Assembly (NCBI GenBank): GCA_043738565.1
Contig: JAYUGA010000323.1
Span: 12,895-76,894 of the forward strand
Direction of reading: 5' to 3'
DNA: 64,000 bases
DNA from: Rhodobacterales bacterium
GTDB taxonomy: Bacteria > Pseudomonadota > Alphaproteobacteria > Rhodobacterales > Rhodobacteraceae
The notes under the pieces were generated by a model that saw only the letters and a program-made list of their open reading frames with translations, was not told where the DNA came from and ran no database searches. This document shows positions 50,134 through 60,038 of the stretch, in pieces. Within the stretch, counting starts at the first letter, position 1; each line of letters starts with the position of its first letter. Both the position numbers and the translations under genes were made by a program.

Positions 50134-51135
50134 TCAGTTGATCCGCGAAACCACGTAATCCGCCAGATCCGCCAGCACGCTGCGCAGCCCGTGCTGCGGC
50201 ACCGCCGCCAAAGCCGCCCGCGCCCGCGCAGCCCAGCCCAGCGCCTCTTCCCGCGCCGCCCGCATCGCCCCGTGCCGCTCCATCAGCGCCAGAGCCTGCG
50301 CCAGATCAGCGTCCGATTGCTGACCCTTCTCGATCACCCGCACCCAGAACGCCCGCTCCTCGGGCGACGCCGCCGCCACCGCCTTGATCACCGGCAGCGT
50401 CACCTTGCGCTCACGGAAATCATCGCCGGTGTTCTTGCCAATCGCCACCGACGACCCGCCGTAGTCCAGCAAATCATCGGCAATCTGAAACGCGATCCCC
50501 AAGGCATCGCCATAGTCATAAAGCGCCCGCGTCACCGCATCGGGCGCCCCCGCAATCACGCCGCCCACTTCGCAAGCCGCCGAGAACAGCGCCGCCGTCT
50601 TGCCCCGCACCACCTGCAAATACACCGCTTCAGTCGTCGCCAGATCCTGCGCCGCGGTCAGCTGCAACACCTCGCCCTCGGCAATCGTGGCGCTGGCATT
50701 CGCCAGAATGTCCAGCACCCGCAGCGACCCGGTCTCGACCATCAACTGAAAACTACGCGAAAACAGATAATCCCCGACCAGCACGCTCGACTTGTTGTCC
50801 CACAACAGGTTCGCTGTCGGCCGCCCCCGCCGCCGGGTGCTTTCATCGACCACATCGTCATGCAGCAGCGTCGCGGTGTGGATGAACTCTACCACCGCCG
50901 CCAGATGCACATGAAAAGGCCCGCCATAGCCGCAAATCCGCGCCGCAGCCAAAGTCAGCATCGGCCGCAGCCGCTTGCCGCCCGCCTCGACCAGATGCGC
51001 CGTCACCTGCGGAATCCGTGGCGCGTGTTCGCTCGCCATCCGGTCGCGGATCAGGACATTCACCGCCGCCAAGTCAGCCGCCAAAGCCTCCGCCAGGACA
51101 TCTTGCGGCTTCGCACTTGGCTTGATCACGTTCAC
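50134..51135 (-). CDS. ispB: Polyprenyl (octaprenyl-type) diphosphate synthase
   Basis: GTG start chosen at 51135, downstream of GGGG. The two Asp-rich motifs are LLHDDVVDE and QIADDLLD. Confidence 0.85.
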   Translation of the reverse strand: MNVIKPSAKPQDVLAEALAADLAAVNVLIRDRMASEHAPRIPQVTAHLVEAGGKRLRPMLTLAAARICGYGGPFHVHLAAVVEFIHTATLLHDDVVDESTRRRGRPTANLLWDNKSSVLVGDYLFSRSFQLMVETGSLRVLDILANASATIAEGEVLQLTAAQDLATTEAVYLQVVRGKTAALFSAACEVGGVIAGAPDAVTRALYDYGDALGIAFQIADDLLDYGGSSVAIGKNTGDDFRERKVTLPVIKAVAAASPEERAFWVRVIEKGQQSDADLAQALALMERHGAMRAAREEALGWAARARAALAAVPQHGLRSVLADLADYVVSRIN

Positions 51136-51181
51136 GGCTACCCCTTGCCCTTCCCCCGCAAGCCCCCGTAGGCTTGGCCGC

Positions 51182-51412
51182 ATGAGGCTGCTCCTGCGCA
51201 CCACCGACCCGACCCTGATCGCCTTCGCCCAGGCCCTGCTTGCGGGCGAGGGTATAACGGCGTTTGAGATGGACGTCCACACCAGCATCCTCGAAGGCTC
51301 GTCCTTCCTCCTGCCGCGCCGCCTGATGGTCGCCGACCGCGACCATTTCCTCGCCCGCGCCGCCCTGATCGACAATGACTTTCCCCCCGACACCTGCCCG
51401 ATCTCCGCCTAG
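51182..51412 (+). CDS. DUF2007-like small protein
   Basis: 76 aa from internal ATG 51182 (MRLLLRTTDPTLIAFAQALLAGEGI...). Confidence 0.55.
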   Translation: MRLLLRTTDPTLIAFAQALLAGEGITAFEMDVHTSILEGSSFLLPRRLMVADRDHFLARAALIDNDFPPDTCPISA

Positions 51413-52165
51413 ATGTTCGCCGACCCCGACCTGTCGCGCGACGCCTTCCTCAGTGGTCGCCTGAACCTCTGGCAGCCCGTAAAAGGCTACCGCGCCGCCA
51501 CCGACCCCGTCCTATTGGCCGCCGCCTGCCCGGCAATACCCGGGCAAACCGTCCTCGACCTTGGCTGTGGCGCCGGCACCGCCGCCCTGTGCCTCGCCGC
51601 CCGCGTCCCCGGCCTCACACTCACCGGCCTTGAACTGCAACCCGCCTATGCCGCCCTCGCCCGTCGCAACGCCGCCGAAAACGCCATCGCACTGGCTGTC
51701 ATCGAGGCCGACTTCACCACCAGCCCGCTGAAAACCGCCTTCGACCACATCATCGCCAACCCACCCTATTACCCGCGCACCGGCTCCCCCTCGCCCACCG
51801 CCGCCCGCGACACCGCTCTGCGAACGCAAACCCCCATCACGGACTGGATCGCCTTCGCCGCCCGCCGCCTCGAACCCGGCGGCTGGCTCACCCTGATCTG
51901 CGGCGCAGACAGCCTGCCCGAAGTCCTCGCCGCCCTGCCTCCCAAACTCGGTTCCGCCACCGTCCTGCCGCTCTCGCCGCGCGAAACCAGCCCCGCCCTG
52001 CGCATCCTCCTGCGTGCCCGCAAGGGCGGCCGTGCCGCCTTCCGCCTCCTGTCGCCGCTGATCCTGCACCAGGGCACCGCCCATGACACCGATCGCGACA
52101 GCTACACGGCCAAGGCGCGGGCAATCCTGCGCGATGCCGCCGATCTTTCCGCCGCCTTCGGCTGA
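51413..52165 (+). CDS. Class I SAM-dependent N6-adenine methyltransferase (tRNA1(Val) m6A37-type)
   Basis: 250 aa with the SAM motif VLDLGCGAGTAAL and the catalytic IIANPPYY. Confidence 0.8.
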   Translation: MFADPDLSRDAFLSGRLNLWQPVKGYRAATDPVLLAAACPAIPGQTVLDLGCGAGTAALCLAARVPGLTLTGLELQPAYAALARRNAAENAIALAVIEADFTTSPLKTAFDHIIANPPYYPRTGSPSPTAARDTALRTQTPITDWIAFAARRLEPGGWLTLICGADSLPEVLAALPPKLGSATVLPLSPRETSPALRILLRARKGGRAAFRLLSPLILHQGTAHDTDRDSYTAKARAILRDAADLSAAFG

Positions 52166-52264
52166 ATTTGACCCATTCTCCGCCGCGCGCCGCTGAAGAT
52201 TTGGTGACAGGGCCTGCAAAACGTGTTGCAATACCGCCATTCGAAACGGAGAAGGAGGCACCAT

Positions 52265-52432
52265 ATGACCGTCGCTTCGCATATCGCGGAACTGAAGCGG
52301 AAACACGAACACCTCTCGAATGCGGTCGAACAGGCGCAACGGGCGCCCGGCATCGACGATCTGCACGTCGCGGACCTCAAAAAGCAAAAGCTCAAACTCA
52401 AGGAAGAGATTTCGCGCCTGCAAAGCGCCTGA
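52265..52432 (+). CDS. DUF465 (YdcH-like) small protein
   Basis: 55 aa from internal ATG 52265 (MTVASHIAELKRKHEHLSNAVEQAQ...LKKQKLKLKEEI). Confidence 0.7.
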   Translation: MTVASHIAELKRKHEHLSNAVEQAQRAPGIDDLHVADLKKQKLKLKEEISRLQSA

Positions 52433-53294
52433 ATTGTCGCAAGCTGGCGCGGGCGGCCAGCGCCGCCCCGCTGGTGATCAAGACCGCTGCCAGCAGCAGC
52501 ATCGGCGTGGCCTCGGCACGCCCCGCCAGAAGCAGAGCCAGCGTTGACAGCAAGGGGGCGGCATAGGACGCCACCCCCAGCATCTGAATGTCGCCCCGCT
52601 TCATGCCGATATCCCAGGTGAAAAACGCGATGCCCACCGGTCCCACGCCCAAGCCGGCGACCGAGGCCCAGCCCCAGGCACCCACCGGCCACAGCGTCGG
52701 CTCCAGCGCCAGATGCGCCAGCAGCGATGCCAGCGCCGCCGCCAGACAATAGACCGTCACCGCCTCGGTCGGCACCCGGCCCAACCTGCGCGACAGCACC
52801 GAATAGGCGGCCCAGGTCAACGCAAACACCAGCGCCACCGCAAACCCCGGCAAAGCCGCCGGATTTGTCGCCAAACCGCCGCGCAACACAATCACCGCCG
52901 CCCCGGCAAAGGCTACCAGCGCCCCGATGACATGCAGCCGCTGCAACCGCTCTCCCGGCAACAGGCCCGACAGCAGCACAATCAGAATCGGCCACAGATA
53001 GGCGATCAACCCGGTCTCGGCCAAAGGGGCCAGCCGGAACGCGGTGAAATACAGAAAATGCGCCCCGAACAAGCCCGCGGCACCAAAGCCGTAAACCCGC
53101 CACCTCACACCGCGCAACACGTCAAACCCGGCACCGCGCCAGGTCCAGATCAACCCGATCGCGCCGCCAATGCCAAAACACATCGCGTTCAACTGCAACG
53201 GCGGCACCGGTGCGGTGCCAATGGTCAGCAGCGCCAGCAATGCCCACATCAGCACCGCCGAAAACCCGATCAGCGTGGCGCGGCTGCGGGTCAT
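52398..53294 (-). CDS. DMT-superfamily (EamA-type) transporter
   Basis: Start at the internal ATG (MTRSRATLIGFSAVLMWALL). About ten hydrophobic helices. Confidence 0.8.
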   Translation of the reverse strand: MTRSRATLIGFSAVLMWALLALLTIGTAPVPPLQLNAMCFGIGGAIGLIWTWRGAGFDVLRGVRWRVYGFGAAGLFGAHFLYFTAFRLAPLAETGLIAYLWPILIVLLSGLLPGERLQRLHVIGALVAFAGAAVIVLRGGLATNPAALPGFAVALVFALTWAAYSVLSRRLGRVPTEAVTVYCLAAALASLLAHLALEPTLWPVGAWGWASVAGLGVGPVGIAFFTWDIGMKRGDIQMLGVASYAAPLLSTLALLLAGRAEATPMLLLAAVLITSGAALAARASLRQFRRFAGAKSLP

Positions 53295-53355
53295 GTGCCA
53301 ACCCCAAATTTCTTCGAAGAAATTTGCAAAAATCTTCGAAGATTTCTGGCCGTCC

Positions 53356-54078
53356 TCACACGAAGAACTGCCCGCCATTCGCCGAAATCGTCGAGCCGGT
53401 GATGAATCCGGCATCGTCCGCGGCCAGAAACACCACGCAGCGCGCGATTTCCGAGGCCTCGCCAAGACGACCCACCGGGATCTGCGCGATGATCTGTTCG
53501 CGGACCTTCTCGGGCACCGCCATCACCATATCGGTGGCGATATAGCCGGGCGCGATGGCATTCACCGTGATCCCGGCGCGCGCGCCCTCTTGCGCCAAGG
53601 CCTTGGTGAAGCCCAGATCACCCGCCTTCGACGCGGCATAGTTCGCCTGCGCGAACTGACCCTTCTGGCCGTTGATCGAGGAAATCGTGATGACCCGCCC
53701 GTACTTGCGTTCGCGCATCCCGTTCCACAGGCAATGCGTCATGTTGAAAGTGCCGGTCAGATTGGTATCGATCACCTCGTGCCATTGTCCGGGGGTCATC
53801 TTGTGGAACGGCGCATCCCGGGTGATGCCGGCATTGTTGACCAGCACCGAGACCGGCCCCAGATCGGCCTCGACCTGTTTGATCCCCGCCGTGCAGGCGT
53901 CATAATCGGCAACCGACCATTTGTAGGCCGGAATGCCGGTCTCTGCGGTAAACGCCTGTGCCGCCGCGTCATTCCCGGCGTAATTCGCGGCGACGGTATA
54001 GCCCGCCGCCTTCAGCGCCACCGAAATCGCCGCCCCAATCCCACGCGAGCCGCCTGTCACCAGAGCAACTTTTGACAT
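53356..54078 (-). CDS. phaB: Acetoacetyl-CoA reductase
   Basis: 240 aa SDR with TGGSRGIG, the NAG motif and YAASKAG, adjacent to the thiolase. Confidence 0.9.
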   Translation of the reverse strand: MSKVALVTGGSRGIGAAISVALKAAGYTVAANYAGNDAAAQAFTAETGIPAYKWSVADYDACTAGIKQVEADLGPVSVLVNNAGITRDAPFHKMTPGQWHEVIDTNLTGTFNMTHCLWNGMRERKYGRVITISSINGQKGQFAQANYAASKAGDLGFTKALAQEGARAGITVNAIAPGYIATDMVMAVPEKVREQIIAQIPVGRLGEASEIARCVVFLAADDAGFITGSTISANGGQFFV

Positions 54079-54171
54079 GATCCACTCCTCCTGAGAGTTC
54101 TTGAAATAATGCTAGCCAATGAAAAGGCGGCACGCAATTAACTTGCGCACCGCCAAGCTGAATGGGCCCGA

Positions 54172-55347
54172 TCAGGCTTGCTCGATGCACATGGCGACAC
54201 CCATGCCGCCGCCGATGCACAGGGTCGCCAGACCCTTTTTCGCGCCCTGCCGCCGCATCTGAAACAGCAGCGTGTTCAGCACGCGCGCGCCCGAGGCTCC
54301 AATCGGATGGCCAATCGCAATCGCCCCGCCGTTGACGTTCACAATCGCCGGATCCCAGCCCATATCCTTGTTGACCGCACAGGCCTGCGCCGCGAACGCC
54401 TCGTTCGCCTCGACCAGATCCAGATCAGCAACCTTCCAGCCCGCCTTCTCCAGCGCCTTGCGGCTGGCGTGGATCGGCCCGACGCCCATGATCGCCGGGT
54501 CCAGCCCCGCCGTCGCATAAGACGCGATCCGCGCCAAAGGCGTCAGCCCGCGCTTTTCCGCCTCTGCCGCCGACATCAGCAGCACCGCCGCCGCGCCATC
54601 GTTCAGCCCCGAGGCGTTGGCCGCCGTCACCGAGCCATCCTTGGCAAAGGCCGGGCGCAGCTTGGCCATCGATTCCAACGTGGCACCGTGGCGGATGTAT
54701 TCATCGGCATCCACCGTCACATCGCCCTTGCGGCCCTTGATCACAAAGGGCACGATCTCATCGGCAAAGCGCCCGGCCTTTTGCGCCGCTTCCGCCTTCA
54801 ACTGGCTGGCCAGCGCAAACTGGTCTTGCATGTCGCGGCTGATCTGCCACTGGTTGGCGACGTTTTCCGCCGTCTGGCCCATGTGATAGTTGTTGAACGC
54901 ATCCCACAACCCGTCGCGGATCATCGAATCGATGAAACTCATATCGCCCATCTTCTGCCCGGCCCGCAGATGCGCCACATGCGGCGACAGGCTCATGCTT
55001 TCCTGTCCGCCCGCCACGACAATCCCGGCATCGCCCAACTGGATATGCTGCGCCGCCAGCGCCACCGCCCGCAGACCCGAGCCGCAGACCTGATTGATCG
55101 ACCAGGCCGAGGCTTCCTTGGGCAACCCTGCCTTGATATGGGCCTGCCGGGCCGGGTTCTGGCCCTGACCTGCGGTCAGAACCTGCCCCAGAATGGTTTC
55201 CGACACTTCGGCCTTGTCCACCCCGGCACGGGCCACGACCGCCTCGATCACCGCCGCGCCCAGATCATGCGCCGGGGTCGCGGCAAATGCGCCGTTGAAG
55301 CTGCCGACAGCGGTGCGTGCCGCCGATACGATCACAACATTGGTCAT
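54172..55347 (-). CDS. phaA: Acetyl-CoA acetyltransferase (beta-ketothiolase)
   Basis: Start at the internal ATG ([19 protein letters not shown]). The active-site region is [11 protein letters not shown] and the C-terminus has [15 protein letters not shown] and CIGGGMG. Confidence 0.95.
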   Translation of the reverse strand: MTNVVIVSAARTAVGSFNGAFAATPAHDLGAAVIEAVVARAGVDKAEVSETILGQVLTAGQGQNPARQAHIKAGLPKEASAWSINQVCGSGLRAVALAAQHIQLGDAGIVVAGGQESMSLSPHVAHLRAGQKMGDMSFIDSMIRDGLWDAFNNYHMGQTAENVANQWQISRDMQDQFALASQLKAEAAQKAGRFADEIVPFVIKGRKGDVTVDADEYIRHGATLESMAKLRPAFAKDGSVTAANASGLNDGAAAVLLMSAAEAEKRGLTPLARIASYATAGLDPAIMGVGPIHASRKALEKAGWKVADLDLVEANEAFAAQACAVNKDMGWDPAIVNVNGGAIAIGHPIGASGARVLNTLLFQMRRQGAKKGLATLCIGGGMGVAMCIEQA

Positions 55348-55478
55348 GGTTCCTCGCCCTTTTCCTAGCCCTTCGCAACGGACCAGAGCCCGCCCTTGAA
55401 AGCATGCCCTAGGCGGGATGGGTTGCAAAAGCAAGATTTGGTTGGCCCTGCATGGCAGCTATGATGCCGCAGCGTAAG

Positions 55479-56360
55479 TCAGCCGGTTTTGGCCAGCGCC
55501 GCAGTGACCCAGGCCGGCTTGACCGTGGGCGCCCCGAACAGAAAGCCCTGCTGGCAATCGACCCCCAGTTTGCGCAGGCATTCCGCCTCCTCCGCCGTCT
55601 CGACCGCTTCGGCGACCGTGAACATCTCGAAATGCTTGCCGATCGCCAACAAAGCCTTGGTCAGCGCCTGATTGTCCGGGTCGCGGTGGATGTTGCGCAC
55701 AAACTGGCCGTCGATCTTGACGATGTCGAACAGGAAATCCTTGAAATAACGGATCGCCGTATAGCCCGCGCCGAAATCGTCCATCGCGAAGGCCACGCCC
55801 TTGCGTTGCAGATCGTCCATCAGGTTGATCACCAGTTCCGGCACCAGCATGGCCGAGCTTTCGGTAATCTCCAAGATCAGCCGTTCGCCCACCGTCACCC
55901 CCAGATCCAGCCCCTTCTTCAAGGTCCGCACCCAGCGCGGATAGCCGATGGAGCGCGCCGACATATTGATGGAAATCCGCAGTTCGGGATGCCTGGCGAG
56001 GGTGGTCAGCCCCATTTCCAGCGCGGCACAGTCAATCTCGCGCCCCAGTTCATGCGCCTCGACAGCACCCATGAAATCCTTGGCCGGAATGACCCGGCCA
56101 TTGGGTTCCAAAACCCGCATCAGCCCCTCGTGAAACGCAATCCGGCCCGGGTCGCGCGACAGCACCACCGGCTGATAGGCCAGCCGCAAGCGCCGCGTCC
56201 GGACCGCATCCGCCACCATCGTCATGGTCAGCCGGTCCTGTTCCGAAACCGCCACCCCCAGCGGGCTGGACAGGCCGGGGCTGGACTGGCCCGGTTTGGA
56301 CTGGGCTGGTCTGGGCTGTTCTGGCCCGGCCCCGGTTGGCTGTGATGGCGGTGGCGGCAT
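55479..56360 (-). CDS. EAL-domain protein (putative c-di-GMP phosphodiesterase) with a P/Q/S-rich N-terminus
   Basis: EAL signature region LILEITES, DDFGAGYT and KIDGQFV. Start chosen at MPPPPSQ. Confidence 0.8.
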   Translation of the reverse strand: MPPPPSQPTGAGPEQPRPAQSKPGQSSPGLSSPLGVAVSEQDRLTMTMVADAVRTRRLRLAYQPVVLSRDPGRIAFHEGLMRVLEPNGRVIPAKDFMGAVEAHELGREIDCAALEMGLTTLARHPELRISINMSARSIGYPRWVRTLKKGLDLGVTVGERLILEITESSAMLVPELVINLMDDLQRKGVAFAMDDFGAGYTAIRYFKDFLFDIVKIDGQFVRNIHRDPDNQALTKALLAIGKHFEMFTVAEAVETAEEAECLRKLGVDCQQGFLFGAPTVKPAWVTAALAKTG

Positions 56361-56466
56361 GGCCGATCCTCTTGCCCGTTCTGATCGACAATGTGACGCC
56401 ACAACGGTAAAGGAGCGGTGAATATTCGGATTTTTTCCAATTTCGCCGCCGCCAGAAAGGTGCCGC

Positions 56467-57045
56467 ATGGACCAAGCCCGTTGCCCGTGGTGCGGCACTG
56501 ATCCGCTCTATGTCAGCTATCATGACACCGAATGGGGCGTGCCGGAATGGGACAGCCGCAGCCTGTGGGAAAAGCTGATCCTCGATGGCTTTCAGGCTGG
56601 CCTTTCGTGGATTATCATCTTGAGAAAGCGCGATAATTTCCGCGCGGCCTTTGCGGGCTTCAACCCCGAGGTCATCGCCGCCTGGGGCGAAGCCGAGGTG
56701 TTGCGCCTCCTCACCGACCCCGGCATCATCCGTCACCGTGGCAAGATCGAAGGCACGATCAAAAACGCCCGTGCCTGGCTGGCCATTCAGGAACGCCAAA
56801 ACTTTTCCGACTTTTTATGGAGCCATCTCGCCGACACCACCCAACAGAACCGCTTCACCCTTGGCCAGATCCCGACCGAAACCCCGACCTCACAGGCCAT
56901 GACCAAAGCGCTGAAAAAGGCCGGGTTCACCTTTGTCGGCCCGACGATCACCTACGCCTTCATGCAGGCCACCGGCATGGTCAACGACCATATCGTGACC
57001 TGCCCCCGTCACGACCAAGTCGCAAGGCTTGCGCGGCGGCCCTGA
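56467..57045 (+). CDS. tag: DNA-3-methyladenine glycosylase I
   Basis: 192 aa with CPWCGTDPLYVSYHDTEWGVP and LILDGFQAGLSW. Confidence 0.95.
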   Translation: MDQARCPWCGTDPLYVSYHDTEWGVPEWDSRSLWEKLILDGFQAGLSWIIILRKRDNFRAAFAGFNPEVIAAWGEAEVLRLLTDPGIIRHRGKIEGTIKNARAWLAIQERQNFSDFLWSHLADTTQQNRFTLGQIPTETPTSQAMTKALKKAGFTFVGPTITYAFMQATGMVNDHIVTCPRHDQVARLARRP

Positions 57046-57214
57046 TCCAGAAGCCTGCGATAAATGCCGGGACTAAACACCTAGATAACCGCGTCGGCCC
57101 ACCGGGAAGTGTCGCACGCGGGGAGCGCCCACAGCAGGGGGCGCGGGCTCCCCTGGAGACTGAGCCTGTCACCAACCGACCGCTGCCGCAGGCGGTCTGG
57201 ACTGGTGACGCGAG

Positions 57215-57476
57215 ATGAACGGCCACAACATTGACGAGCTTGCCGCCGCCGTGGCGGTGAAGGTTATTGAAGCCCTCTCCCGGGGGCGGCTGCCGATCAC
57301 GCCCGAATACCTGTCTGCCGATCAGGTGGCACAGATGGCGGGCTTTTTCGCCGAAGTGGCTTGAAGCCCGCCGGGCTGACCGCTCCGGCCCCCCTTACAT
57401 CAAGATTGGGCACAATGTCCGCTACCGCACCGCTGACGTGCGCGCCTTCATGGAAGCGGGCGAGGTGACGGAATGA
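57215..57476 (+). pseudogene. AlpA/excisionase-type HTH regulator, frameshifted
   Basis: The N-terminal 49 codons (57215..57364, ...EYLSADQVAQMAGFFAEVA*) and ORF 57267..57476 (..SPKWLEARRADRSGPPYIKIGHNVRYRTADVRAFMEAG) join into one AlpA-like protein if one T is removed from T5 run 57344-57348. Confidence 0.6.
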
Positions 57477-58597
57477 GCGGGGGCGAAATGGAAAGCGTCC
57501 CCCGCCGGGAAACGGGGAGCGCTCTGGAGAACTGCGGTGACAGTGACCCTTGCCGGATCAACTCCATTATAGCGGGGATTGACGGGGCGGGCGATGTAAA
57601 TTGCTTGTTGCCGTCCAAGGATGTGGTGCGTGACGCGCTCCGGCTGATCCACCCCGAAGGCCCGTGGCACGTCAGCGCCAAGCGGGCGAAGGGCTTCACC
57701 GGGGCCGTGTTTGCGCCTGACGCAGACGGTGGCGCGGCGGGTTGGGCGGTTGCCCAGAACCGGGAGTTGAACACCTATGTGTCGCTGGCCGCGCTCCGGG
57801 CGGGCTGGAACGGCGACAAGGCGACCAAGGCTGACGTGGGCAGCGTCGGGTGGCTGTGGGTGGACCTTGAGCCCCGGCCCAGGGAGGACGTTGAGGCAGA
57901 GCGGGCGCGCATCCTTGCGCTGCTGACCGACAACCTGCCCAAGGGCGTCCCGCCGCCCTCTGTCATCATCGACAGAGGGCGCGGCTTCTGGGGGCTCTTG
58001 CGGCTGTCGCAGCCCGTGGTGATGCCGCCCGCCGGGGATGATGGCTGGGACGCGGCGCGAGCGTCGGTGGAGGACCGGAACCGGGCGCTTGAGTCGGCCT
58101 TCGGGGCCGATGCCTGCCACAACATTGAACGCATCTGCCGCCTTCCGGGGACGGTGAACCGCAAGCCGGGCGGGCGCTTAGCGCGTGTCGTGGCGTCGGA
58201 TGCGTCGGTGCATGACCTGCTGTCCTTCCCCCCGGCGCCTGACCCGAAGGCGGGCGGAGCGGCGGCAATGGCAGGCGGTGGCAGCCCGGCAGCGCCCGGG
58301 CCTGTGGGGCGGCTGAACAGCCTTGACGACCTCCGGGGCGTGTCCGACAAGGCCAAGGCCTTGATCGTGCAGGGGCTGGACCCCGACAACCCGGGGAAGT
58401 GGGTGGCTGACCGCTCCAACCGCGCCGCCGCCGTTGCCGCCGCGAATGCTCTGGCCTTGGCGCGCGGCTTCAACGATGTGTTCACGCCCGCCGCATGGGT
58501 CACCACCGACATTGCCACCACGCCCGGCGGCTTGCACACCGACACCCTCGTGGACGGTGATTTCAGCACCGTGCGCGGCATCTGGCCGGGGAAGTGA
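57473..58597 (+). CDS. RepB-type DNA primase-domain protein (plasmid/phage family), no helicase domain
   Basis: 374 aa. The blocks NTYVSLAA...VGWLWVDLE, PSVIIDRGRGFWGLLRL and NIERICRLPGTVNRKPG resemble the RepB-primase catalytic core as I recall it. The start overlaps the alpA stop (ATGA). Confidence 0.6.
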   Translation: MSGGEMESVPRRETGSALENCGDSDPCRINSIIAGIDGAGDVNCLLPSKDVVRDALRLIHPEGPWHVSAKRAKGFTGAVFAPDADGGAAGWAVAQNRELNTYVSLAALRAGWNGDKATKADVGSVGWLWVDLEPRPREDVEAERARILALLTDNLPKGVPPPSVIIDRGRGFWGLLRLSQPVVMPPAGDDGWDAARASVEDRNRALESAFGADACHNIERICRLPGTVNRKPGGRLARVVASDASVHDLLSFPPAPDPKAGGAAAMAGGGSPAAPGPVGRLNSLDDLRGVSDKAKALIVQGLDPDNPGKWVADRSNRAAAVAAANALALARGFNDVFTPAAWVTTDIATTPGGLHTDTLVDGDFSTVRGIWPGK

Positions 58598-58601
58598 CCC
58601 C

Positions 58602-58958
58602 GTGACCCCGCAGGAGTTGATTGCCGGTTACGACATCCTCTTTGGTGCCCCGCTCCGGCTGGCCCATGCGGCGGTGCTGACCTACGTCGCAGAGGTGGAG
58701 CCCGATGGCTGGCCTTCGGTCCCGACCCTCTGGCGGTTCAGCCGCTGCTACGGTGTTGATGTTGGGCAGTTGTCGGCCCTGTGCGGCGTCCTGACCTGCA
58801 AGATCGGGCGCAAGACGGTGTTCTGCGCCAGCCGCCGCGCCCCGGCCCATGTTTGGATGACCCCGCCCGTGAAGTTCGGTCGCAAGGTCTTGGCGGCTTA
58901 CGGCTTCCATGCGACCGCAGCGGAGCTTTCCGCCCGCGACCGCGCGATGGTCCACTGA
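58602..58958 (+). CDS. Hypothetical protein
   Basis: 118-aa GTG-start ORF with GC3-rich codons, followed by the strong hairpin terminator at 58965-58998. Confidence 0.45.
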   Translation: MTPQELIAGYDILFGAPLRLAHAAVLTYVAEVEPDGWPSVPTLWRFSRCYGVDVGQLSALCGVLTCKIGRKTVFCASRRAPAHVWMTPPVKFGRKVLAAYGFHATAAELSARDRAMVH

Positions 58959-58964
58959 CAAAAT

Positions 58965-58998
58965 CGGCCCGGCTGTCACGCCGGGCCGGGTTTGGTTT
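58965..58998 (+). terminator. Rho-independent terminator-like hairpin
   Basis: Perfect 9-bp stem CGGCCCGGC / GCCGGGCCG with a 6-nt loop, followed by GGTTTGGTTT. Confidence 0.6.
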
Positions 58999-59005
58999 CC
59001 CTGCA

Positions 59006-59384
59006 TCACAATGTCGGGTGAAGCGCCGGGCACCTTTCCCAAACGCGGGCGGAGGTCCTCTTTGGTCAGGGCGTCCAGCGCATCGGTGGCGGCACGCAGG
59101 CGCTTCAACTCCGCATCATCTGCATCACTCTCGAACCAGTCCAGCATGTAGCCCAAGCCGCCGCAAATCGTTGCGAGCAATTCGGCACGGCTCAGCGCGG
59201 GCGTTTCACCCTCCCACTGTTCCACCGCCAGCGCCGCAAGGTCGGTCAACACCATCGCCGGAATGTCGGCATTGATGTTGCCGGGGCAGTCCGCTTTCTG
59301 AATCTCCACCGAAGCAAGGCGAAGGTCAGCGGCAAGGGCGGGAATGTCGGTCTGAAAATACCAGACATCATCATCGTCATTCAT
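59006..59384 (-). CDS. Hypothetical acidic protein (3' end uncertain)
   Basis: ORF 58563..59423 from internal ATG 59384 (MNDDDDVWYFQTDIPALAADL...). The in-frame stop is only at 58563, after the frame reads through the hairpin and the opposite-strand gene. An out-of-frame TGA at 59006-59008 would be a natural end, so a 3' frameshift is suspected. Confidence 0.35.
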
Positions 59385-59444
59385 TGTCGTTCTCCCTGAT
59401 TTGGGGGTGACGCCGCCCGACACTGCGCCGGTCGGCGCAGGGGG

Positions 59445-59747
59445 TCAGTTGGCCTTCATCTTCAGCACGAAGGGCCGCGCATTTGTATCCAAGAACAGAC
59501 ACCTGTTAGCCTGCAACGCCCTCGTCAGCACATCGGCGGCAGGCTGGATCATCGCAAGCAATTCACGATTCACGAGACGGTCGTGCCTGCCAAGGTAGAG
59601 GTGGACCTTCAAGACCCGGTTGCCTTCGGCGTCCTTGGGCTTGGTGATGTAAAGCGATCCAAACCCGCTGACGTGCCTGCGGACCATCTCAAGGGGCCGT
59701 GCAGCATCTACCGCCTCCTCAAGGGAAGGCGTCTTGTAAACAGTCAT
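59445..59747 (-). CDS. Hypothetical protein
   Basis: 100 aa from the internal ATG (MTVYKTPSLEEAVDAARPLEM...) with RBS-like AAAGGGG upstream. No family recognised. Confidence 0.45.
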   Translation of the reverse strand: MTVYKTPSLEEAVDAARPLEMVRRHVSGFGSLYITKPKDAEGNRVLKVHLYLGRHDRLVNRELLAMIQPAADVLTRALQANRCLFLDTNARPFVLKMKAN

Positions 59748-60038
59748 GTGTGCCCCTTTCAGGGATAGGGCACTGGCAGTCCGGGGGATTTCATCCGACC
59801 AACAGACACCAGCACCGAGTTTAGGTGGAGGTCTCATTCTGGTCGGCTTCCTATCTAGGTCTCTGGCGGTCAGATGCCGCCCTAGCCGTCAGGTTTAAGG
59901 GGGAGTGGCCCCGCGCCGGTGAATCGTCTCTGTGCATTTACAGACATAGGCAGAAGTGCGGATGCACGACCAGTTGCCGATCACACAACTGATGTAGCCG
60001 TGCTGCGGGCTCCGATCCAGCAATTTTTGACCCTTTGA

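Noticed and set aside
57104-57122. GGAAGTGTCGCACG resembles the tRNA-Arg segment GGAATGTCGCACG and could have been the distal att repeat of the island.
   Set aside because: The match is only about 13 nt with an indel. It is in inverted orientation relative to the tRNA, whereas att repeats are direct, and it diverges immediately afterwards. It is compatible with chance in a window of this size.
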